A DNA stretch of 64,000 bases, from positions 14,386,001 through 14,450,000 of the forward strand of contig OZ249436.1 in NCBI GenBank assembly GCA_965235115.1, given 5' to 3'. A program made the translations under genes and the position numbers. The notes beneath the pieces are model-generated. The model did not search any database. It was not told where the DNA came from and saw only the letters and a program-made list of their open reading frames with translations. This stretch comes from Laetmonice hystrix (taxonomy: Eukaryota). Each line of letters starts with the position of its first letter. The first letter of the stretch is position 1. Below, piece after piece: positions 37,721 through 64,000 of this stretch.

Positions 37721-38165
37721 GCCTCTGCCAAAATAAAAAGGGACTCTTACAAAACCAGTGGGGCTTGTGCATAGAGATGTAAACATAGAAGCAGAATGGG
37801 GGCAATGTATGTGTACTTAATATGATAATGAGAATGATATCATCGACTGAGGCGTCCACGTGAGACTGCCATCGCGCATGGGACTAGACCGTCCAAGGCC
37901 GATTAGGGGCCTCACAATCGCGAGTACGTTGCTTTTACCGTGAAGGATACCCTTGCAGGCCGTGTTTACAAGGCATTAGTCGATTAGAATGGTCCCCAAG
38001 AAGTTGGAAAACACCATTTTGCCATTTAAATTGAAAATGCCCTCCATAATTGCTATAAAGTCGTAATATTTTCAGAGATTTTCAGAGTATTTATTATGAC
38101 AATCCACTGCCAGGCATTGGCACTGCTAGATCCATCTAAAATTAGACATAAATTGACGTGTTTAC

Positions 38166-38720
38166 CTCGTTGGTGCAGGTACGACCAGTATCCTCCTCCT
38201 ACGCCGATACGATGTCTACCTCTGCTCAAGCCGACAGTCGGAGGATAGGAGGAGCGGGCGTCCAAGTAGGAGGAGTGGCAACAACAACAGCCTGGCTCCG
38301 GGCACGCAAGATGGATTCCCTCTTTGGGTTATACATTGGCGAGACATGAACACTTGCGATTTACAAAACATGCGGGCGCCTGAACTGTCACCCGTAGTGG
38401 AACCTATAGCAGGTGCCTCGGCAACACTGAGCTTTCAATGCAACCGAACTGTACCGCAAATCGTAAGCCACTTGACTTGGCGCACGTTCGCAAATTTAGA
38501 CTCGGCGGTCGACCACAACGCTAACAGTTACAAGTACCGTAACCTCGACCCACTTCTCCCCGTGTCCTCACCGCGAATGCAAGCCAGGCAGCGACGACGG
38601 TGACCGAGTTATGTTCGTAGTTTCAGCAGAGTGTCAGACTGCTTTGTTGGTAAATGGTTTGTTCTACCGGCTGCTCCCCGGCAAATTTATCAACGCCCGC
38701 TAGCGCCTTCGGTGTTCTTC
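38166..38720 (-). promoter_or_regulatory. Putative CpG-rich promoter and non-coding first exon of eEF2K
   Basis: CpG-rich stretch ending in a minus-strand donor gag|gtaaac at 38166/38165. The exon carrying the eEF2K ATG begins at an acceptor (23777), so an upstream exon is required. Linking the two is inference. Confidence 0.4.
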
Positions 38721-40192
38721 TTGGCCAAATTCCCTCAAATTTACGGCCAAGCCGCATTGGCGGATCCGGGAGGGGGGGGGGGGCTAAGGGGGCTCCAGCC
38801 CCCCTAAATTCTGGACGATGTTATTTTTATCATCCAATTATGATGATCATATAGTTTTGATATATTTTTGGTCTTGGCCTAATATGGTTTTGCCCGATGG
38901 TTAGCACCCCCTCCCCCTAAAAAAAATCCTTGAACTGCCACTGCAGGTGTAGCCAAATTTACGGCAGGGGGGTTTCCGCGACTAATATTAGCCTAATTAG
39001 GCCTATGTTGGACCCCCCCCCCCTTATCTCAGTTCTGCCTACACCCCTGACGGCCTTAATTAATAAGAGTCTCTATGTATTGTAGGCCTACCCAGAGACA
39101 CGATAACACCGTTATATTAGGGGCGGATCCGGGGGGGGGGGGGTGAATTGGGTGGCTAGCCCCCATAGAGCCTCATATTTTTTAATTTGTTTTTTGCTGG
39201 TCACTTTTGTGGATTTGTTGCCAGTGTAGGCCTAACTGTGAGGACTGGAGGGTAGGCCTATGGACAAAAACCCACACCAAAACATGACGTCACAGAAGAC
39301 TGGAGACGTCTTGAAAAAGATATAGGCCTACATGTATATATATAAAAAGAAAGCCAATTCATTGTCTAAGGGCCGATTTATCCCCGTAATTCGGGGGGGG
39401 GGGGCTAGGGCCTGGGGACCTTAAGCCGCCCCCCCCCCCCAATATTTTTAGTGGTGCCTATGTGGCTATGATAAATTATCCAGCCCCCTCGATCATTTGA
39501 TTGAAATTACGGGACTCAAAAATACTGTCCCTTTTTTTAATTTTTAATTTAATTTTTTAAAGAGATCAAGGAGAATAATGACTATGACAAGTCTTTGAGG
39601 AGGGAAAATTTTGTTATACTAGGCCTACTGAAAGCCCAGACGTAATTTCAGGCATTCCCAAGGTTTTTGCTTGGGTTAAGGTTAGGGCCAGGCGTTAGTA
39701 TAGGGAAAGGTCACAAAATGCCCAATGCATTATGAATGGGAGCAGGGTCCCAAATGAACTCCCCCAAAATGATACTGATACTGATAGTAAATGGGCAATA
39801 TCTCGGCTAATAATTAACATAGAGTCAAAATTTAAACACCTCCTCAGTTCTTTTCTCGAGATGCATCCATTAGTATTATAATATTTGTTCTTTCATGGAA
39901 AAAAAATTTCATGAAAGTGCCTACCTTGGGGGGGGGGACGTGAATGTTCTTATAGAGCAGTTCGGAAAACAACGACTGGTCTACGATGAAGTCTGGCGTA
40001 AACAACAGCAAAGGTGGTGGTCTTCGAGTTCTTGTGGTTTACCAGGCAAATATGAGTCTCGAATCCATAGAGTCGTAAGTTGCACGTGTGTCTCAACTCA
40101 AATTTATTACAAATAATCGTGACAAATAACAAAATATACCTGTCTATACCGGATAGAAACTAAATACTGTTAGTGACACGTCATATAGTAAC

Positions 40193-40273
40193 GGTAGCGT
40201 GGCCGAGTGGTCTAAGGCGCTGGTTTTAGGCACCAGTCTCTCTGAGGCGTGGGTTCGAATCCCACCGCTGCCA
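40193..40273 (+). tRNA. tRNA-Leu, anticodon TAG
   Basis: Acceptor stem GGTAGCG/CGCTGCC plus discriminator A, A-box TGGCCGAGTGG, anticodon arm CTGGT-TTTAGGC-ACCAG, long variable arm, B-box GGTTCGAATCC, and downstream T runs as Pol III terminator. Confidence 0.95.
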
Positions 40274-42581
40274 CACGTTTTCTTTTTTCTTTCGAGGCAT
40301 ATTACACAACTAGATCTAGGGACATAGATCTATATATAAAAAATAATGCCTATGGAGGGGAGTCAAAAGTTTAGAGGCCAACAGTCACGATTTGAACGTT
40401 GGAGTCTTGATCTAGACATATTCTAGTTACCGTATGATGGCGTATCCTAGTAGAATTAGATTCTAAAATGAACGTGGATTTAAACTTAAAGGGCCTGCCA
40501 TAGCCAGGCATAGGCCTCTAAATCTAGTAATATATAGCCCTATTGGCTATAAAGGCTATATTATAGTTTTGCGTGAGAAAGCACTGGGCTGGCGGGAGTG
40601 CCGTCTATAAAATGGCATCACTAAAATACTGCACACAAGTTCACAACATTGAAAAAATACATTACTGGTACATCATATATCTATAATTATAAATTATAAT
40701 AGAAAGGCCCTGATCCACCACTGTGATTTCCTTAGGCAGCTTATGATCTGTCCCAGTCCCAGTAGGCCTACTGGGCAAGGTACTGGGAGGCTATAGCCTA
40801 AGACTAGGAGTAAGGTAACCAAGCCCAAAAACCCTGGTTGTAGTAAGTCTCGTCTCTAGATCTAATTACTTAGTTAATAATTTAATTGACCTCAACAAGA
40901 TGGTTGATAATTAATATTACATTGTGCCTGTGCTGAGTGTAGAACAGTTCAATTTTTCCTGGACACAGATCTACATCGATCAGTGTATGATAATATAATT
41001 AATTTCATATCATTGACAATAGACTGATAAGTTATAAAACAGACTGTTATTTAGATTAAAATTTATTATCTTTCTGCAAGTTTGTCATTGCACATAGACT
41101 ACTACTGTTACAATGTCAGTATATAGACCTCCCGAAATGCCAGTAGTGGCTAGTAGTACGGTATACCCTATTATTGTATTATGGCTTGCAAACATGGCCA
41201 CACTGATCTGCAAAGTCGGTAGATATTACAAATAAAGGACTGTCATTGTTTTCAATGGGCTACCCCCTTAACAATGGAAGGTGATAGTAAGACCCTCGCA
41301 TGGACAGAGACTTTTCACACTCTGGCCGTAAACATGGCTGGGGTGTAGGCCTGTACACCAAAAAATATGGTACTCATTTGATCACATAATTCTTCCATCT
41401 GTTCAATGTCAAACTCATCCACTGGATGTCTTACATAGTATCCTAGCCTTTCAAACGATAAACCCTCTCCAGATCAGTGCTACGTTACTTTCATGCATCC
41501 ATCAAATCTTGGTCATGGACATTATTATCAACTGATGGAAATATATGACATAATATGGAAATGTATACAGGAAGAAGAAAACTGCAATATGCCCTGTCTG
41601 CATCATATTCTATTTCACTAGTATAGTAGTCTATAAATGATGGTTTTTACATTATGTTAACTCATGACACTTGTCCTAATGCCCTATGTCATAGCATAGA
41701 ACTGTACTGAGATGGAAGGCTGACTCTCTTTCCTATTTTGATATAATTTGTGTATCCAGGGACACAATAGACGAGCCCTTGCCCATGTTTACACTCGGGC
41801 CAAGGGAGATGACATTACGTCTCTCCCAACCGGTTGGGGCGCTGCAAAAAACATGAGACTACTAGCGCCCCAATCTGAAATAAAGAGAGTCGGCCTTCCC
41901 TCTCAGTACAGTTCTATGGTCATAGAGACCTAAAAAAACATGAATCTCACAAAAAAACAATTACTTTAAAATCTGCCCTAACACTAATTGATAAATCCCT
42001 TGATGCAACTATAGATACTAACTTTTTATACAGAACAGTTAATTTTTCAGCCAGCCTGGGCTACATACAACATAAATCTGTTACTTTGAGAGGAGTACAA
42101 TCTCAATTAAAACTAGCAGAATCACAGGGTGCACATTATAGAACCATTAAGAAAATACATCTAATCTCTGCCAAACAATGAACTGATTTTTGTCCCTTTT
42201 TTTCCTCAAGTAATGATCAGATTAACATCACCCCACCTTTCTTTGACGTTACTATTATAAGGTCTTTGCTGTTGCCATGCCAGTATTATTAGACTCCCTT
42301 ATTCTTCTTTTCTGTACTATGGCTATGCAGGGGAAAGGGGATGACGGGGGAAAGGGGATGACATAGCAAGACTTTGTATTGTATATGATGACAAGAGCTT
42401 ATTATAAGCATGGCAGAGTAACTCTTCAGTGTAAACAGCGCTGATAAACAGGAGGATACAAATGGAGAGCTTGTTTTTAAAATCCCCACAAGGATTTTTA
42501 TCAGTAGTAGTTTGCAGGGTCTGAGATGGTATCTGGAAAGCCAGCGATGGATCGAGAAACTTGCCACTAAAGGGTGACATC

Positions 42582-59371
<16,790 letters not shown>

Positions 59372-59947
59372 TATTCCCCACATCGTAAGGTCTCCATAGA
59401 TATCTTTCTTTTAGCGAGATTCCTTAGTTTTGAATACAGCGAGCTTTGTTTGGAAATTTAAAAGTTCCCAAAACTTTGATAATGAGGTTAAATATCACAA
59501 TAGACAGCCAGGCTCCAATCTAAGCTGTGTAGGATCAGAGGCCTACAGTGATGTTTACGGAGGTATTATAATGCTATAATTTTCTGAGACTATCTACTCA
59601 GGGATGCCAGTTAGGTGTGTCTCAAAAATCGGAAAAATGATTTGCTTTGGGAGGGTGAACACATGGACGGCGAAGCCGTCTATTGCAAGCACCAAAGGCG
59701 CGCAGCCCCTGGCGGGGGGTCTTGGGGTCCTCCCCCAGAAAAAATTGAGAATTTGAAGCCTAAAATAAGCGATCCTGGTGCTTTCCCACTGAAAACTAGA
59801 CGGTCAAACAGACGCTATTTTATTCCACTCTCTATCCCCCTCCCTGGTGTCTCTACCATAATTTTATTGCTTCCTCCAGTGCTGCCTGTCTAGCAGTCAA
59901 CCCACAGAAAGGGGGATTCCTGCCCCATTGACCCTAATGACCAATGC

Positions 59948-60114
59948 CAGGCACGTACCCAGGATTGTGCTTAGGGGGGGTTCCATCAGGACAAGAGGGC
60001 TGCTCGGGGGCTACCTGTGTTTTTGCACCAGTCGACCTGGGGACCGGAGGGGGCGGGGGGGGGGGGTTCCGGAACCCCTGGAACCCCCCCCCCCCCCCCC
60101 CGGGTACGTGCCTG
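59948..60114. mobile_element. MITE with 5-bp TSD, hAT5-like
   Basis: Perfect TIR caggcacgtaccc/gggtacgtgcctg, TSD aatgc on both sides, and an internal G-run/C-run palindrome. Confidence 0.8.
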
Positions 60115-61794
60115 AATGCTAGTAGTCCCGTATAGTGGGTGATCTGATGCCGTACCATGGCGGGAAACCAAGCCGAGCCGGCGAGACAGCATGCAGCTGG
60201 TGTGGGGAGCACTATAAATTTGAATACAGACTGACGGCTTTTACATGAACCGCCAGTCCTCCCTATTGTTACTATGCACAACTGGCTGTGTGGAAGGGGT
60301 GGGTGTTTACCTATCTCAACAGCCACCCCACGCTCGGAGCCGCGGAAAACAGTTTATTTCCTGGTCTTGCCAGAAGTTACTCTTTACTCCTCGTTTCATA
60401 ATTGGTTTAGATATCTATTTGAAAGTACAAGAGGTTTGTTTCTATGACTGTGACATAATTTCACAATGTTCAGTTTATGGAGATTGATAGTGCTATTTGG
60501 AGCACGGTAAAAACCCCACGGCGTCTCATGCAAATATTTTACTTCTAGCTTGACATGGGCCAAGGGTCCCTACTGATTATCAACCAATGAGAGAGCAGAT
60601 CTTTATTTGGTGCCCAACAAAGGTTCCGATATCGGAAATGTTGGAAGAAATGTAGGAACTCAAGCTGCATCATGCAGACGGTGAATACAACATCTCATCG
60701 GAACGGAATAAACGGGATATGACAGGAAATAAGAGAAATCAAAGGAAACATTAGGAATTTCCCACTAGCCCCTGAAAAAAACGGATTTCCGATTATTCCA
60801 GGAAGACTGGCATCCCTGTCTACTGACCTCCGAAGTCTCTGCTTCTGTAGTATTTTAATCCATCTTTTAATAAAACGAGAGCTAGACAGCAAAATAGTGC
60901 AGTCTACGTTAGACGTCACGACTGTGCCGCACGTCCTATCTATGACGTCACAGCCACAGTTGACTTAACAAGGCACGCACTGTCTTTTTGTCAGTGAAAC
61001 ATTGTAATATTATGTATCAAAATACGTAGTTAACTATTCTATGATGTCACAAGTGACAATGAAAGCACAAACAAATCAAACCCAGGCAATAAAATTGTAG
61101 CCAATGCAGATTATGAGGACGTTATCGCCGGCCAGTCTCTGGCCCAAGTGATGACAACGAACGTGTTGACGGCTCTACCAGCCCAAGACACCCGGCCAGT
61201 ACACTGGTTTTTGAGCAGCAGCGCTCTAAAATAACACTTTCTAACTATAAAATAATGATTTATTTTTATAACATTCGGGTTTGCATAAATATTAAGACTA
61301 ATTGCCCACACTATTATCACCTAGAACGATATAATAACATGTTCTGGGGTTTCAAGTGGGGGTTGAACTGGATGACCTCCCAAGTTCCCAATTTACGGTG
61401 CAGGACTATAGTGATCACAGTGGGACCCTCAAGTACGTTGAAGTAACATTTCTTAAAAGTTTGGGAACATTGTTGGAATGTACCCAGATTGGAGATCATG
61501 ACACTGTGGGAAGGACAATTTGACTATCTTATGTTGATGACTGTCAATGTACTGACTCTCAAACATGTGTTTGGGCCCTTATTCTTAGTGGGACTGGGTG
61601 GGAGGCAGGCCGGTTTTCGGCAGGGGGTGGCTGCGGCGGGGCCGTGATGGTCGGGAGCCCGGTAGGGACAGCCGTGCACAGCCCGCCCCTCACCAGAATG
61701 CCGCCTGTTCAAACCGTTCTCTCCCTCCCTTCCCTACCTCCCCGCGGAACACCGACCAGTGGATCAGCGGCAGCTGGTTAACCTCTGAGTTGTC

Positions 61795-62540
61795 TGGACT
61801 GGGGCGAAATGACTTTCCGAGTGGGGCGAAACGACTTTCCGAGTGGGGCGAACCTGCCTACACAGCACCGCCGGTAGTCAGCGGCTCGCTACCCGGCCAC
61901 CTGGCTGCGGGGCCGTGGAGGTCGGGAGTCCGGTGTCGTGGTCTGTTTTCTCCGCCGGTCTGTAATCTCCGGGTGCATGGTTTCTTATTGTTTAGAGGCC
62001 GACCCAGACGGGGTGAGCACGCGCGTGTCGCAGTTTGGGCTCACACCTCCGGTCGTCTGCTAGCTGATGGGCGGTGGAGTTTTCTTCCAAACAGTAATAA
62101 ACGACAGCCTGGATAGGCAAATTGTGGACCAAAACTGACGGAGAAGAAAGGGGTTATTACGTGAGACTCAATTCAGACCTGATATTTCAGATAGTTTACC
62201 GATAACGATACCAATACACACGACTCTGCAGCCCTCCTCCCGGAGATTTCAGACCGCGAAGAAAACAGACCGCGACACCGGTAGGGCTCCCGGTCAGACG
62301 GGCGGCCTTGATTGGTTCACAAAACGACTTGTTTATTGGACTGGATACTATCAAGACTCGAGAGACAATGAAATTGAAAACGTAGATTCTGATAGAATGA
62401 TTGATAGAGTCAGTTAGTTAGCGTCCAGTCTGGACTGGGGCGAAACTACTTCTGAGTGGGGCGAATGGTCTTCTACCAGTGGGGCGAATCGTGTTTCCGA
62501 GTGGGGCGAATCGGGAATGGGGCGAATCGACTATCTACCC
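61795..62540. repeat. Composite repeat with clustered ggggcgaa motifs (probably TE-derived)
   Basis: ggactggggcgaaa..gagtggggcgaa arrays at about 61795-61852 and 62431-62530. An internal inverted pair is also present: cggtgtcgtggtctgttttct (about 61931) and agaaaacagaccgcgacaccg (about 62260). Confidence 0.6.
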
Positions 62541-62739
62541 ATGGATGATGGAGGGTGGGGGACGGACGGGGTAACTTACTACTAACCATGCTAACTGCAG
62601 ATCATCAAAAACATTCCATATCTACCTGCTATCTCTTGTCATTTTTGTCTTGAACGCTTGCTCCGTCTATTTATTTAAGCAACGAGCTTATTTCAAGCGG
62701 GAGCACTACTGAAAGTACGATACCGACGCTGAAATTCCG

Positions 62740-63097
62740 TACGATTGTCCTACTTCGCCGACCACAGCATTTAAAATGGCGGAAGTAGCGTATAACGTCA
62801 ATGCCCACTTTTGGCATCAATGTTTCAAAATCCCCTTTTGAATCGTCAATTTTTTTGTACAAAGATTAAATATCTTATATCATCTTATAAAAATATCGTT
62901 TTAAAGATATCATAATTCAATCATTCTCAAAATTAAAAGCTGACATTGTCGAAAAACGCACATGGCGCTTCATTTCCGGTCAGCGAAGAATCCATGCCGA
63001 AACGTTCAGTAGCGTACCGCGTGGACGAAAAGGAGTGTGGGGTTCTGAGGGAGACCGACTTTGTAAAATACAATTAATATTTGGCTTTATTCACCAA
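62740..63097 (+). promoter_or_regulatory. Putative housekeeping promoter and non-coding first exon of a gene continuing beyond the window
   Basis: YY1/ETS-like aaaatggcggaagt (about 62773) and atggcg..ttccgg (about 62961-62978), followed by a consensus donor caa|gtaagt at about 63097. No coding evidence was found. Confidence 0.35.
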
Positions 63098-63780
63098 GTA
63101 AGTACCTTAATAGTTCAATATTTAGTCTGTTTGGAAGTGTATGATTGAAACAAAGCTACCCTCGACCCTTTAAAAGTACGTATTATTGCAAACTTTGTGT
63201 AAACCCGCGGTCACCGGGTGGTGACCGGGTCGGCGGGTGTCGCGGCGGGCTCAAGTGACGTGATGAAACCGACGTGATACCTGCCAGAGGAGTGGGACAT
63301 GGGTTCTGCACCACGTTGACTCGGCCGGGGAGTCGGCCGCGTTGACCGACAGGAAGAGGGGGACCGGGTAGCCGGTGGCCCGTCGGCCCGCGCTCCCCCT
63401 CCCCGGCCCGGGGCCCGCCGTCCGCCGCCCCCAGTCCCCACTCCGCCCGGTAGCCTCCGCCCCCCCCCCCCAAACCCGATGACCAACGGGTCGACACCCA
63501 TGGCCCGACTCGGCACAGGTGGCGTGGCACACTCCTCGCATGTCCCACTCCTCTGGACACCCTCACATCTCCGCGGTCTCAGATCTCCGGGAGGTTTTTA
63601 CTTCGTATAAAGCGGGCCTCACATGGTGCGACTTTCTCTATGATACAATACAATAAAACATCCTGCCATATCTTGGCTATTGTATCATAGAGAATTGCAC
63701 ACTGCATCCCCTCACACGCTGTGGTTTTTCTGTGATATATTATTCGTGAACGCGCATGCGCTGCAATCATTACGTGTTAA

Positions 63781-64000
63781 GCTGGTGCTACACTAGGCGA
63801 CGCAACAAGCGATTTCCTTGCAACAACCCATCGCAACTGGGGGGATGCCAGTCGTTTGTCTCTCACTCGTTTACACTTGGCAACCGAAGCTGCAACCGTC
63901 GTCGCAAAGAATGAACATGTTCATTCTTTGCGATTTCACGTTCCTACGGTCGCAACGAGTTTGCGACGGGCGACGGAGCCTGCTACACTTCCATGCGACC
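63781..64000. mobile_element. Possible left end of a PIF/Harbinger-like MITE, truncated by the window edge
   Basis: taa|gctggtgctacact followed by repeated gtcgc/gcgac/gcaac motifs. The partner TIR is not visible. Confidence 0.35.

Noticed and set aside
61598..63566. GC-rich ORFs (172 aa at 61598; 96-127 aa at 63183-63566)
   Set aside because: They are low-complexity G/R/P-rich translations overlapping repeats, with no family motifs or splice support.

Overview
AT-rich, intron-rich eukaryotic genomic DNA, probably from a marine invertebrate (inferred from gene structure and repeat types). It contains three spliced host genes whose exons I reconstructed by hand with consistent reading-frame phases: the 3' part of eIF3d (+, 619-4055), eEF2K (-, CDS 13354-23672) and DDX46/Prp5 (-, about 42582-59371). 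A tRNA-Leu(TAG) gene lies at 40193-40273. There are two large retroelements. The first is an apparently intact CR1/L2-group LINE (-, about 30786-36445); its ORF1 (coiled coil + RRM + CTD) is fused in frame to a complete C-terminal NADAR/YbiA-like domain with the conserved motif residues present, which is the most unusual observation in the window. The second is a DIRS1-type tyrosine-recombinase retrotransposon (50510-56807) in a DDX46 intron, with near-perfect ITRs and ICR but frameshifted coding regions. The window also has many MITEs (8-bp and 5-bp TSD types), tandem repeats and a candidate 18-nt eEF2K microexon. All calls come from reading the sequence and recalling family motifs; no database searches were run.
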